From Acidimicrobiales bacterium (GTDB lineage Bacteria; Actinomycetota; Acidimicrobiia; Acidimicrobiales; Bog-793), in contig JBKQHU010000145.1 of assembly GCA_052148655.1 (NCBI GenBank), positions 33,227-97,226 of the forward strand: DNA of 64,000 nt, in the 5' to 3' direction. Below the pieces are notes generated by a model, which worked only from the letters and a program-made list of their open reading frames with translations, had not been told where the DNA came from and searched no databases. Position 1 is the stretch's first letter; every line of letters begins with the position of its first letter. The position numbers and the translations under genes are program-made. Positions 17,363 through 27,463 of this stretch are shown piece after piece.

Positions 17363-17950
17363 TCACGCCGGGGTGCTGTCGCGTTCGGCGCTCAGTTGCG
17401 CGATCCGGTGCAACACCGTGCGACGACGACGGGTCGCCGCTTCGTGCGCCCGCACCGCCTCGAGCTCACTGGCCGTGAGCGACGTCAGCCTCTCGACGAC
17501 CTGCGACGCGGCAAGGGTGTCATAGGCGGGGATCGGAAGTTCGCCGCTTCGCAGCTTGGTCGCCGGGCCGCCGGCGCCTGTCGCGTCAGCGGCGGGCCCG
17601 GCCGGCACCGTTTTCAGGTCGATGATCTCGCGGGAAGCCGGGGCTGTCCTTCCAACGGTTGCACGAACTGGCACTGCGGTGGCGCCGGCCCCGGGTCCGC
17701 GTTCGTCTGGGCTCTTCGCCGATGTGGGAGACGCGCCGAAGGGGTCGGCTCCGAGGATCTCCAGGCGCCGGCGAGTCTCCGCCACGGCGAACCTGCCGAC
17801 CACGCGGGCGACGGCGACCCGCTGTTCGACACGCGCCCGCCCGCGGTCGGCCAGTCGGGGCAGCTCATCGGCCAGCACGAGGGCGGCTCCGAGGGGCGCG
17901 TAGACGAAGGCGTCAAGCAGTATCTCGTAAGGGGGGCGAGCCTCGGCCAC
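17363..17950 (-). CDS. hypothetical protein with C-terminal helical SAP/Rho-N-like segment
   Basis: Coherent ORF. The C-terminal IPAYDTLAASQVVERLTSLTASELEAVRAHE..RRRRTVLHRIAQL recurs in actinobacterial hypothetical proteins, from memory. Confidence 0.55.
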   Translation of the reverse strand: MAEARPPYEILLDAFVYAPLGAALVLADELPRLADRGRARVEQRVAVARVVGRFAVAETRRRLEILGADPFGASPTSAKSPDERGPGAGATAVPVRATVGRTAPASREIIDLKTVPAGPAADATGAGGPATKLRSGELPIPAYDTLAASQVVERLTSLTASELEAVRAHEAATRRRRTVLHRIAQLSAERDSTPA

Positions 17951-17993
17951 GACCCGACGCTACCGCAGGCTCAGCGGGGCCTGCAGTGTCATC

Positions 17994-18485
17994 TCACACG
18001 CAGTCTCGGCAGAGAAGCCGCTTTTTGTCCGCGAGCTGAGTCTGGCTCTTCACAAGGAAACAGGATCGGCAGACGAACTCCCCGGGCTGCTTGGGCAGAA
18101 CGCGCAGTGAGCCCTCACCGCGCTCCTCGGAGTCAGGAGCCTCCTCCTCTTCGTCCTCCTCGTCGTCGACGACGACCAGTCGCTCCTTCAAGATCACATC
18201 CAGGCTGGCCTCGATGTCGTCGTCGTCGAGGTCGTCGTCGTCCTCGTCTTCGCTCTCGATCGGCACCAGCTCGACTTCTAGACCGACTCCGCCGGAGACG
18301 ACGACCTCATCGTCATCGTCGAGGTCGTCGACGAGCGCGACTTCGCCGAGCTCCTCATCGTCGTCTTCGAGCAGATCCGCGTCCGCGAGGTCCTCGAGGT
18401 CGGCCTCGTCCGCGTCAGGCACCTCGAGATCATCGACCTCGATGGGCTCTTCCAGGTCTGCCGTGTCCTTGGTGTCCTTGCGCAT
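17994..18485 (-). CDS. DUF4193 family protein (acidic, C-terminal zinc ribbon)
   Basis: Very acidic body. The C-terminal PKQPGEFVCRSCFLVKSQTQLADKKRLLCRDC matches the DUF4193 signature as I recall it. ATG at 18485 with GAAGGA upstream. Confidence 0.8.
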   Translation of the reverse strand: MRKDTKDTADLEEPIEVDDLEVPDADEADLEDLADADLLEDDDEELGEVALVDDLDDDDEVVVSGGVGLEVELVPIESEDEDDDDLDDDDIEASLDVILKERLVVVDDEEDEEEEAPDSEERGEGSLRVLPKQPGEFVCRSCFLVKSQTQLADKKRLLCRDCV

Positions 18486-18877
18486 CAACGTCCTTCAAGT
18501 CTTCGGAGCTACAGTCACGCTGACCTCGAACCCGTGCAGAGGTCGCGGCCGGATGGACTATACGGCACCATTGATTTGACCGTGGCGACTTCCGACGAGA
18601 TTTCCCCCCACGAGCGACGACTCAGTGTCCGCAGACCGTGCGGTAGGACCCAGGAAGCCTTTGGGGCCACCCTTCTCGCCTGCCCGGGCGATACGCCGAC
18701 ATGAGGTGCCGACGGGGGCGTTCTCTACTCGACTCCTGGGTCCCCACCACTCGCAACACCCCCAGATGCTTTTCGAGCAACTCCCGGAGGTACCGGTCAT
18801 TTGCCCGGGGCTTGAGGGGACCCCCTAGTTATTACCTCCGCCGCACCGCTAGTCAAGAGGGGAAGAGAAGTCCCCCG

Positions 18878-20494
18878 TCACAGGCTCGGCACCGGGCGCC
18901 CGCGCCTGTCCTCGGATCGCTGCTCGGCCTCGAGGCGACCGAGATCGGTCTCGCTGTGGTCCACGAAGCTCATGGCCTCGGCGATGGCGTGGTGCCCCGC
19001 TTGTTCGGCGATGAGCCGGTGCATCTCTTGGGCGATCTTGCGGTAGGCCGGATGGCCCTGGGGACCCGACCGCAACTCGAGGACGTGCATCGCCTCGCGG
19101 GCGTTCATCTGCAAGACGAAGCGAATGTTGAAAGCCAGCGCCACCGCGTAGGCGCTCTGCTCGGGGAAACAGGAAAGCAAAGCCTCGTGCAGGCTCTTCG
19201 AGCGTTCGAGCGACTCCAGGAAACGCTCGGACAGGCCGGCCGCCGCCACGAGCGGGGGCACCTCGAACCCGAGGTCGGTACCGAGCCGCTGCCACTCGAC
19301 GGTGAGCATGCGATGGCGTTGCAAGTCCCTGAAGGCTCCGTAGTCCGCCACGATGTCGAACCGGTAGGAGGTGCGCTCCAGGGCCCTGCCGGGGCGGTGG
19401 CGACGATTGGAGCGGTCTCCGACGTAGGCCTGCACGATCCGGCGCCGCTGTTCGGGGCCGAGGGCGGAAACCTGCCTCGAAATCTCTTGTTCGGGGAGGT
19501 TCAGGTAGGAATAGCACATCGCTGCGAGCACTTTGTCCTCGCCGACCGGGTCGAAGTCGGTGAGGGTGACCGATCTCCCGGCTGAGGGGACTGCGGGGGG
19601 CCACAGCTCGTGCACGACCTCGTCCATCTCATCGCGCCGCGCCCGCAGGTACTCGGTCCATACCCCGCCCCGTTCGGGCCGGTCGATCCTCGAGAGGAAG
19701 GACGGGATCACCTTGCGAAGTTCGACCAGCATGAGGTCCGCGTACTTGCGGGCCTCGGGCAACGCGTGCGCCCGCATGCGCAGCAGCAGCTGCTCATAGC
19801 TCTGCCCCGATCCGAAGATGCCCACATTGGACAAAGAGCCGGCCGGCAGCAGGCCCCGCAGGGCATCGAGGCAGCGCGCCCGTACAGCCTGGCGGTGGGC
19901 CAGCTCGGAGACTCCTCCGTGCCGGGGGTTCTCTCGGGCGACGTAGGTCTGCAGGGCTGGCAGGAGCTCCGCGTACGTGTCGAACATGCGGTCCATCTCC
20001 CCCACGTAGCGCGCCCCTAGCGGCGACTCGAGGACGGCTGGGTCGCGGTGGTAGCGGTAGTGTCCCGATGGCAGGCGGCTGTCGTAGGGGATGTAGCGCG
20101 TCGACTGCTCGAGGTAGGACATGAGCCGCCCCCGCTCGAGGATCTTGGTCAACACGTTCGACGACTGCTCGCAGGCGAGATGGACCCCGCCCAGCTGAGC
20201 GACCGAGTCATCCCCGTACTCGCTGAAGACCCGGGAGTAGAGCTCCTCGGCGCGTCGCAGCCCGACCGAGGCGTCAAGGCTGGTGTCACCGGCCACGTCG
20301 AGCTCGTCGACGAACTCGTCCAGGAAGAGCCGGCGCAAGCTCTTGGAGGAGCGTGAATAGCGCGCGAACAACGCCCCTTTGACGACCTCGGGAAGGTTCA
20401 CGAGCGCGAACACAGGCCCGTCGAGATTCGTGAAATACCTCCCGAGCAGCTCCCGCTCGGAGGCGGTGAACTGCTCAGCGCCCGCGATAGACAT
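18878..20494 (-). CDS. thyX: tandem-domain ThyX-like FAD-dependent thymidylate synthase
   Basis: 538 aa, about twice a normal ThyX. The N-half carries RGRLMSYLEQSTRY and the C-half carries DLQRHRMLTVEWQ, so the ThyX signature is split between halves. Confidence 0.7.
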   Translation of the reverse strand: MSIAGAEQFTASERELLGRYFTNLDGPVFALVNLPEVVKGALFARYSRSSKSLRRLFLDEFVDELDVAGDTSLDASVGLRRAEELYSRVFSEYGDDSVAQLGGVHLACEQSSNVLTKILERGRLMSYLEQSTRYIPYDSRLPSGHYRYHRDPAVLESPLGARYVGEMDRMFDTYAELLPALQTYVARENPRHGGVSELAHRQAVRARCLDALRGLLPAGSLSNVGIFGSGQSYEQLLLRMRAHALPEARKYADLMLVELRKVIPSFLSRIDRPERGGVWTEYLRARRDEMDEVVHELWPPAVPSAGRSVTLTDFDPVGEDKVLAAMCYSYLNLPEQEISRQVSALGPEQRRRIVQAYVGDRSNRRHRPGRALERTSYRFDIVADYGAFRDLQRHRMLTVEWQRLGTDLGFEVPPLVAAAGLSERFLESLERSKSLHEALLSCFPEQSAYAVALAFNIRFVLQMNAREAMHVLELRSGPQGHPAYRKIAQEMHRLIAEQAGHHAIAEAMSFVDHSETDLGRLEAEQRSEDRRGRPVPSL

Positions 20495-20506
20495 GCCCGA
20501 ACGACA

Positions 20507-22663
20507 TTACGGTGCGGGTTGGTGCCCGGCGCGGATGGTCCCGTGCTCGACGGGGATCGTGACCACCGACGAGGCTGCGACAACGTCGCGCAGGAGGTGC
20601 TCGGCCGCAACGCGAGCGCTCCTTGCCGTCTCGGCACTGGCTGCGACCACCGCCACCTGGCGGAGAAGGTCGATCACCTGTTTCACGTTGCGGACGAAGT
20701 CGCCGCCCGACATCACCGGCACCGCCTTCCTGCCCCTGCGGCCCGCGCCGGCGCCCGGCTGCAATACCTGGCGCAGGTCGCGGCCCCTCGCCCATTCGTA
20801 GATGAGCGACGCGAACCCGGAGTCGACGCCGCGTGTCACCGCCAGGCGGGCACTCTTCTCCTCGTCGCACAGAGCCTCCGAAAGCAGCTCGATAGCTTCC
20901 AGGCGCCCGGCCACCTTGGCGCTCGGCGCAGGCAGGGGCGCCTCACGCTCGCGGCGGGCCTCGTAGCACAGGCCCGAGACGACCGCGGCCAGGCTGGCTG
21001 GGTCGAGACCGTCGAGATGGCCCGATTCGAGCGCCTCGGCCACAAGCAGGTCAGCCTCGTGGTACAGGCCAGCGAGCCGCTCACCTGCCTCGGTGACCGT
21101 CCAGCCGTGCAGATAACCGCGTCGCTCGAGTACCCCGAGCACCGAGTCGAGCTCGCCGACCAGGTCCTCCTCGGTCAGGAACTGGGCGAACGAGGAGCTC
21201 ACGAGCGTGTAGGCAGCCTCGCGACTGTGACGACGGACGAGATTGACCGCGAGGTTGTAGGTGGGCCGGAACGAGGACGACAACGCCCGCGGGCGCCCTC
21301 CGGCGATGCGGGCGACGTCGCCGAAACTGTGGAAGGGCGAGCACAGGACGGCCGCGTACCCGACGTCGTCGATCCCCCGCCGACCTGCCCGCCCTGTGAG
21401 CTGGGTGTACTCGCCCGGCGTCAGCTCCTGGTGACCCTTGCCGCCGAACTTGCTCACTTCTTCGATCACCACCGATCTCGCCGGCATGTTTATGCCGAGA
21501 GCGAGCGTCTCGGTGGCGAACACGACCTTGACGAGTGCCTCCGCGAAGCACGCTTCGACCGCTTCCCGAAACGGGGGCACCATGCCGGCGTGATGGGCTG
21601 CCACACCGGCCTCGAGAGCCGACGCGTAGAGCGGGTAGCCGAGGACGGCGAGATCATCATCGGTCAGCGGGTCCACGTACGACTCGACGATGCCCCGTAT
21701 CCGGCGCCGTTCTTCGGGCGTGGTCAGGTGCAACCCCTCGTCGAGGCAATGCCGGACGGACTCGTCACATCCGGCTCGTGAGAACACGAAGTAGATGGCC
21801 GGGAGCAGCCCTTCACCGGCGAGGCGGTCGACCACCTCGACGCGGTGCGGCCGGTAAAGCTGGGGGCGCGCCGGGCGTGACCGGCCCCCGGGGCCTGTCC
21901 CCCCGCCCCCGCCGGGCGCGCTTGTGCCGCCGGGGCGTCGTCCCGGGCCGGGGCGGGCCATCAGGCTGTCGAGCCGGATCGCCTCCCGGTTCGGCCGGCC
22001 CTCGACGAAGGTGGGCAGCAGGTGAAGATGCTCTGCGGAACGGTCCCCCACCACGAACAGGTTCTTGAGCTCGACCGGCCGGTGTGACTCGATCACGACT
22101 CCCGTGGCCCCGCGGACCTCCGATATCCATGCCGCCAACTGATCGGCGTTCGCCACCGTCGCCGACAGGCACACGAGGGTCACGTTCAAGGGCGCGCCGA
22201 GGATGACCTCCTCCCAGACGCCTCCTCGGTAGGGGTCCTGGAGGTAGTGGACCTCATCGAGAACCACGTAGCGCAGGTCGCCGAGGCGACCCGGCTCGGC
22301 GTGGATCATGTTGCGCAGCACCTCGGTCGTCATCACCACGATGGGCGCCTGACCGTTGATCGAGTTGTCCCCCGTCAAGAGCCCCACCCGATCGGCGCCG
22401 TACTTGCGCCGGAAATCCCCGTACTTCTGGTTCGAGAGCGCCTTTATCGGAGTCGTGTAGAAGGCCTTCGACCCTTCGGCGAGGGCGAGGTGGACGGCGT
22501 ACTCGGCGACGACGGTCTTGCCGGAGCCGGTGGGGGCGCTGACGAGGACCGACTGGCCGTCGTCGAGGAGGTCGAGGGCGTCGAGCTGGAAGCGGTCGAG
22601 GGCGTAAGGGTGCTCCGCGACGAACTGCTCGCGGGACGCGACGCGGGCGTCCGGAGCCTTCAT
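20507..22663 (-). CDS. helY: Ski2/HelY-like DExH-box helicase
   Basis: [12 protein letters not shown] and helicase C motifs. Position next to tatC/tatA as in mycobacterial helY. ATG at 22663 chosen (MKAPDARV...). Confidence 0.85.
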   Translation of the reverse strand: MKAPDARVASREQFVAEHPYALDRFQLDALDLLDDGQSVLVSAPTGSGKTVVAEYAVHLALAEGSKAFYTTPIKALSNQKYGDFRRKYGADRVGLLTGDNSINGQAPIVVMTTEVLRNMIHAEPGRLGDLRYVVLDEVHYLQDPYRGGVWEEVILGAPLNVTLVCLSATVANADQLAAWISEVRGATGVVIESHRPVELKNLFVVGDRSAEHLHLLPTFVEGRPNREAIRLDSLMARPGPGRRPGGTSAPGGGGGTGPGGRSRPARPQLYRPHRVEVVDRLAGEGLLPAIYFVFSRAGCDESVRHCLDEGLHLTTPEERRRIRGIVESYVDPLTDDDLAVLGYPLYASALEAGVAAHHAGMVPPFREAVEACFAEALVKVVFATETLALGINMPARSVVIEEVSKFGGKGHQELTPGEYTQLTGRAGRRGIDDVGYAAVLCSPFHSFGDVARIAGGRPRALSSSFRPTYNLAVNLVRRHSREAAYTLVSSSFAQFLTEEDLVGELDSVLGVLERRGYLHGWTVTEAGERLAGLYHEADLLVAEALESGHLDGLDPASLAAVVSGLCYEARREREAPLPAPSAKVAGRLEAIELLSEALCDEEKSARLAVTRGVDSGFASLIYEWARGRDLRQVLQPGAGAGRRGRKAVPVMSGGDFVRNVKQVIDLLRQVAVVAASAETARSARVAAEHLLRDVVAASSVVTIPVEHGTIRAGHQPAP

Positions 22664-22685
22664 GGGCTCCTTGGCGGGCCGTCGC

Positions 22686-23468
22686 TCACTTGCCGAGCAG
22701 CTTGCCGATGATGATGGACGCCTCGTAGAACAACAACAACGGGATCGCCAGGGCAAGCATCGAGAACGGGTCCGAGCTCGGGGTCACGACAGCGGCGAAC
22801 AGGACCATCCCGATGATCGCCCAGCGCCGCCACTTGGAGAGCTTCGCAGGCGTGAGCACCCCTGCGATCTCGAGCGCCACCAGCACGACCGGGAACTCGA
22901 AGGTCACCCCGAAGGCCACCATCAGCAACAAGATGAGCTGCACATAGGAGTTCGGCGACAAGAGGGCGACGATGGTCTTGCTGGGACCGCTCACGTCCAA
23001 GAGGAAGCGCATGGCGTGGGGGAAGGTGAGGTAGGCCACGTAGGCGCCCAGCGCGAACAACCCGGCCGTGGCGAAGGTGAACGGGAGGGCGTACTTCTTC
23101 TCGTTCGCCTTGAGGCCCGGGGTGACGAACTGCCAGAGCTGGTACAGCGTGATGGGCAGCGCTATGAGCAGCCCCCCGTAGGCCGACACATTGAGGCGCA
23201 GGGCGAAGCCCTGCAGGGGCTGGGTGACATAGAACTTGCATTGGCGTCCTGTATGGGTCACCGCCTGGCAATAGGGAGACTGCAGCACCGCCAGGATCTG
23301 GTCGTAGAGGACGTAGGTGACGACAGCTCCGGCCGCGACCGCAACCATGCAGATGATAAGGCGCCGGCGCAGCTCCCCAAGATGCTCGCCGAGTGTCATC
23401 GCGTCCGGGTTCGGGCGCGGCTGCTCTTTTCTGGCGCGAAGCCTTGCCAGCCTCGCCGGTGCGGCCAT
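22686..23468 (-). CDS. tatC: twin-arginine translocase subunit TatC
   Basis: MTLGEHLGELRRRL N-terminal signature and six hydrophobic segments. Alternative start at 23399. Confidence 0.9.
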   Translation of the reverse strand: MAAPARLARLRARKEQPRPNPDAMTLGEHLGELRRRLIICMVAVAAGAVVTYVLYDQILAVLQSPYCQAVTHTGRQCKFYVTQPLQGFALRLNVSAYGGLLIALPITLYQLWQFVTPGLKANEKKYALPFTFATAGLFALGAYVAYLTFPHAMRFLLDVSGPSKTIVALLSPNSYVQLILLLMVAFGVTFEFPVVLVALEIAGVLTPAKLSKWRRWAIIGMVLFAAVVTPSSDPFSMLALAIPLLLFYEASIIIGKLLGK

Positions 23469-23471
23469 CGC

Positions 23472-23984
23472 TCAGTTCATACTCGGCTCGTCGACCACGA
23501 ACACCGTGTCGGCTCCGAGCGAGCCCGCCCATGACGACGACGGCATCGAAGGGGGCCTGCGCGTCGAGGCGGAGTCCTGCCTGCCGAGAAGAGGCTGCCA
23601 GGTGGATCGGGTTGGTTCGCGAACAGCCTGGCCGCGCCGGGAAACTCTCCTGCCCCGGCCCGAGACGGCGTCCGTGGCGCCGTATACCGGCTCGCTCGCG
23701 CGCTGCGTCACGGCCGTGGCGGCGCTGGCGGCCGTCGTGTCCTGGCCCGAGACGAGCCCCGTCAGATAGCCCGTTATCGCCCGGGAGGGGCTCGTCGGGA
23801 TGTTCGGAAGATCGAGGTCCGGCACGGCAGCACGAACCTCTTGCTCGAACTTTTCCCTCATGCGGTTCAGCTCGCGCCACGTCCCGCCGAGCTGACGCGC
23901 TAGTCCGGGCAACCTCTCAGGCCCGACGACGATTAGCGCGATCACTAGGATCAGGAAGATCTTGGTCGGGTCGAGGCCGCCCAT
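23472..23984 (-). CDS. tatA: Tat translocase TatA/TatB family protein
   Basis: MGGLDPTKIFLILVIALIVVGPERLP is a TM helix plus hinge, followed by an amphipathic helix. The long C-terminal tail is more TatB-like. The stop is 3 nt from the tatC start. Confidence 0.8.
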   Translation of the reverse strand: MGGLDPTKIFLILVIALIVVGPERLPGLARQLGGTWRELNRMREKFEQEVRAAVPDLDLPNIPTSPSRAITGYLTGLVSGQDTTAASAATAVTQRASEPVYGATDAVSGRGRRVSRRGQAVREPTRSTWQPLLGRQDSASTRRPPSMPSSSWAGSLGADTVFVVDEPSMN

Positions 23985-24128
23985 GCGGGCGATCCTACTG
24001 TGCTCAGGACCCGGTGGCCCGGCGGGACCCACCCGCCGGGCACCCGAGCGCGGGGCTGCCGCCGCCCTTGCCACCGTCGTCGCCCGTGGAGGCTGATCGC
24101 CCGTGAGGGGCGATGACGCCCCCGCGGC

Positions 24129-24815
24129 TCAGAACCAGTGGAAATACGGGTGCCCGAAACGCCACACGATCACGAACACCCTCCCCACCACGAGCGAGCC
24201 CGGCAGCGTCCCCCAGACGCGACTGTCGGCCGAGTCACCGCGGCAGTCGCCCATCACGAAGTAGTTACCGGGGGGGATCTTCGTGCGGGGGATGTTCTCG
24301 GCGCTCTCGGCGCAGATCCCCTCGAGACGGGGCAGCCACGGTTCTGCGAGTGGCCGTCCGTTTATGAGAACCGTGTTGCCACGCGACGAGATCGTCTCGC
24401 CGGGCAGACCTATGACTCGCTTGACGAGATCCTTGTCCTGCGTGCCGGTATCGGCCGGGGGCCGCTTGAAGACCACGATGTCACCCCGGTGGATCGTGTA
24501 GCCCAGCTTGATGACGACGATGCGATCGCCCACCTGCAACGTCGGGAGCATCGAGCCCGACGGCACGAAGAAGGCCTGGACGACGAAGGTGCGAAGCGCA
24601 CCGGCTACGAGCACCGCGAACAGGATCACGACCACCCACTCGAGGATGCGACGCCTGTTGCCGGGCTTGCGCCGCGAGGCGGGGCCCGCCGCCCGAGGTG
24701 CCTCGACAGCCGGTTTCACCGGGTCATCAGGTGCCCGGTCGGCCCAGTCGTTGCCCACGGAGGGGAATTCCTGCACCGACGGCGCGGCGGGTGCGCTCAA
24801 GTTGTCCGCGTCCAT
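24129..24815 (-). CDS. lepB: signal peptidase I
   Basis: PSGSMLPTL (catalytic Ser), GDIVVF, KRVIGLPGE and GDCRGDSADSR boxes. ATG at 24815. Confidence 0.85.
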   Translation of the reverse strand: MDADNLSAPAAPSVQEFPSVGNDWADRAPDDPVKPAVEAPRAAGPASRRKPGNRRRILEWVVVILFAVLVAGALRTFVVQAFFVPSGSMLPTLQVGDRIVVIKLGYTIHRGDIVVFKRPPADTGTQDKDLVKRVIGLPGETISSRGNTVLINGRPLAEPWLPRLEGICAESAENIPRTKIPPGNYFVMGDCRGDSADSRVWGTLPGSLVVGRVFVIVWRFGHPYFHWF

Positions 24816-24850
24816 CGAAGCCTCTCTCGCGTCGGTCACTGGCCTGCAGC

Positions 24851-26245
24851 CTAAATCGACTCTATGAGCCGCTCGACGCGCTCGTCGTGCGAGCGGAACG
24901 GGTCCTTCAAAAGGACCGTTCGCTGCGTCTGGTCGTTGAGCTTCAGGTGCACCCAGTCTACGGTGAAATCGCGCCGTTTCTCCTTGGCGCGGCGTATGAA
25001 CTCGCCCCGCAGCCGCGCCCTCGTGGTCGCCGGCGGTGACTCCATGGCCTTGGTGATGGCCTCGTCGGTTGTCATGCGCTCCACGCGCCCTTTGGCCTGG
25101 AGCAGGTAGAAGACCCCGCGACGGCGGTCGACATCGTGGTACTGAAGATCCAACAGGGCCACTTTCGGGTGACCGAGGGCGAGCTCGTGGCGCGCCCGGA
25201 AGGCCTCGACCAGGCGATACTTGATAACCCAGTCGCACTCGCGCTCCAGGCTGAGCGGGTCCTTCTCGATGGCCTCCATGCAGTGCTGCCACATCGAAAG
25301 GGCGCGCTCCTCAAGTGGGGGCAGGCCGCGCAGCTCGTGGTAGCGAAGGGCCCGGTCCAGGTATTCGCGCTGTATGTCCAGTGCACTGAGCTCCCGGCCG
25401 TTGGCGAGGCGAACCTCGCGCCTGCAGGTGATGTCGTGGCTGATCTCGCGGATGGCCCTGATGGGGTCCTCCAAGGTGAGGTCCCGGATGACCACGCTCG
25501 GGTCCTCGAGCATGCGCAGGAGGATGGCAGTGGTCCCGACTTTGAGGAACGTGGCGTACTCGCTCATGTTCGAGTCGCCGACGATCACGTGCAGTCGCCT
25601 GAAGCGTTCCGCGTCCGCGTGCGGCTCGTCCCTCGTGTTGATGATGGGCCGGCTGCGGGTTGTCGCCGATGAGACCCCTTCCCAGATGTGCTCGGCCCTC
25701 TGGGAAAGGCAGAACGTGGCGCCCCGGGCCGTCTGGAGCACCTTGCCCGCTCCGGAGTAGATCTGACGGCTCACGAAGAACGGGATGAGCACCTGGACGA
25801 AGTGCGAGAAATCGTCCCGCCGGCTCGTGAGGTAGTTCTCATGACAGCCGTAGGAGTTGCCGGCGGAGTCCGTGTTGTTCTTGAACAGGTAGATGACGCC
25901 GCGGATACCCTCTTCGCTCAGGCGGGACTCGGCGGACGCGATCAGGCCCTCGAGGATCCGTTCACCTGCCTTGTCGTGCGCCACGAGGTCCTCTATCGAG
26001 TCGCACTCCGGCGTCGCGTACTCGGGATGGCTGCCCACGTCGAGGTACAGCCTCGCCCCGTTCTCGAGAAAGACGTTGCTCGAACGTCCCCAGCTCACGA
26101 CGCGCCGGAACAGGTAACGGGCGACCTCGTCCGGGCTCAGGCGACGCTGGCCGCGAAGCGTGCAGGTGACGCCGTATTCGTTCTCGAGCCCGAAGATCCT
26201 GCGGTCCACCGAAGTCCACGGTAGCCTCGAAGTGGATGCAGCCAT
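24851..26245 (-). CDS. pafA: Pup--protein ligase PafA
   Basis: [12 protein letters not shown]-terminus and carboxylate-amine ligase fold. Paralog of Dop without the Dop loop. Possible GTG start at 26209. Confidence 0.9.
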   Translation of the reverse strand: MAASTSRLPWTSVDRRIFGLENEYGVTCTLRGQRRLSPDEVARYLFRRVVSWGRSSNVFLENGARLYLDVGSHPEYATPECDSIEDLVAHDKAGERILEGLIASAESRLSEEGIRGVIYLFKNNTDSAGNSYGCHENYLTSRRDDFSHFVQVLIPFFVSRQIYSGAGKVLQTARGATFCLSQRAEHIWEGVSSATTRSRPIINTRDEPHADAERFRRLHVIVGDSNMSEYATFLKVGTTAILLRMLEDPSVVIRDLTLEDPIRAIREISHDITCRREVRLANGRELSALDIQREYLDRALRYHELRGLPPLEERALSMWQHCMEAIEKDPLSLERECDWVIKYRLVEAFRARHELALGHPKVALLDLQYHDVDRRRGVFYLLQAKGRVERMTTDEAITKAMESPPATTRARLRGEFIRRAKEKRRDFTVDWVHLKLNDQTQRTVLLKDPFRSHDERVERLIESI

Positions 26246-26253
26246 CCGACCGC

Positions 26254-26619
26254 ATGGTCCACTTGACCACTGTCGTGGGCTCGTTCCACGGCCACGTGCT
26301 CTCGGCGCGACTGGGATCCGAAGGGATCCCAGTGGAACTCCGCGGCCTCAGTGACGGCCCCTATCCACTTCCCGCCAGCGTCGAGGTGTTCGTCCACGCC
26401 GACCAACTCGAGCTGGCCCAGGCCATTCTCCTCGGCGACGCCGTCGATGCCGCTTTCGATGAGCGTTACGACGGGTTGGGTCCCGACGACCCCGGCGTTT
26501 GGGACCTACCTCCGGTCGACCTCGCCGACGCGGCCCGTCCCCGCCGGGCGCGCACCGTTCTCGTGCTCACCATGGTTGCCCTGGTGCTCCTCGTCGGCGT
26601 CGTCGCTTCCTTTCACTGA
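26254..26619 (+). CDS. DUF2007-like small protein with C-terminal TM helix
   Basis: [23 protein letters not shown]...[17 protein letters not shown] resembles the DUF2007 beta-alpha-beta fold. C-terminal TM is [17 protein letters not shown]. It is on the opposite strand to the proteasome genes. ATG at 26236 is also possible. Confidence 0.5.
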   Translation: MVHLTTVVGSFHGHVLSARLGSEGIPVELRGLSDGPYPLPASVEVFVHADQLELAQAILLGDAVDAAFDERYDGLGPDDPGVWDLPPVDLADAARPRRARTVLVLTMVALVLLVGVVASFH

Positions 26620-26683
26620 GCGCACGCCGCGGCGGCACTTGGCCACCGCGCCACGACGGGTTCGCTGGCGCGCCGCAGTCGTC

Positions 26684-27463
26684 CTAGGCGTGCCCGGGTG
26701 CGCCTTCTCCGTTCTCGTCTGTCCCGAGCTCGGGGTGAGTTTCCTTCTCCACCGGTGATCCTGCGGCCGGCTCGGCCGCCTCCCCCCGCGCGATCAGCTC
26801 GGCCAGCTCGTCCGCGTCGACCCGCCTGAAGCAGCGGCGCCAGGGCCCGTGCTCCAGCACCGCCGCCTCGAGATCTGTGGGGCGAAGCTTGCGGGCCGGC
26901 CCCGACAGGCTCGCAACTGATGCCGCCACCGCCTCGGCCAGGGTCCAGCCCTGGCGGAACCTCGCAGACATGCGCTGGGTGATCGCGTCAGCTTCCCCAC
27001 CGAGCACCGTGAAGCGTTGCTCATCCGACACGGTGCCGTCGTATGCGATGTGGAACAGCTGGTGCGCCGTGCCGACCGGATCGAGCTCCGCCACGAGGAT
27101 CTCGACCTCGAGGGGCTTCATCTCATGGGTGAAGACCTGGCCGAGGTATTGCGCGTAGACGTTGGCGAGCGAGCGGGCGTCGACGTCCTCTCGCGAGTAG
27201 GCGTAGCCCTTGGTGTCGGCATGGCGTACGCCCGCGACCCGAAGCTGGTCGAACTCGTTGTAGCGGCCCACGCCGGCGAACGCGACGCGGTCGTAGATCT
27301 CGCTGATCTTGTGCAGGGTGCTCGAGGGGTTCTCGGCCACGATGAGCACGCCGTTGTCATAGGTCGTCCCGACAAGGGCGCGGCCCCGGGCTATCCCCTT
27401 TTGGGCATATTCCGCGCGGTCCTTCATCACCTGCTCGGGAGCCACGTAGTACGGCATCGTCAT
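26684..27463 (-). CDS. prcA: proteasome subunit alpha
   Basis: The [28 protein letters not shown]-terminus parallels mycobacterial PrcA. ATGA overlap with prcB. Confidence 0.92.
   Translation of the reverse strand: MTMPYYVAPEQVMKDRAEYAQKGIARGRALVGTTYDNGVLIVAENPSSTLHKISEIYDRVAFAGVGRYNEFDQLRVAGVRHADTKGYAYSREDVDARSLANVYAQYLGQVFTHEMKPLEVEILVAELDPVGTAHQLFHIAYDGTVSDEQRFTVLGGEADAITQRMSARFRQGWTLAEAVAASVASLSGPARKLRPTDLEAAVLEHGPWRRCFRRVDADELAELIARGEAAEPAAGSPVEKETHPELGTDENGEGAPGHA

Noticed and set aside
18604-18609. A run of six C residues that suggested an actinobacterial 6C RNA.
   Set aside because: The flanking sequence does not form a hairpin presenting the C-run in a loop. No convincing second C-loop hairpin is present either.
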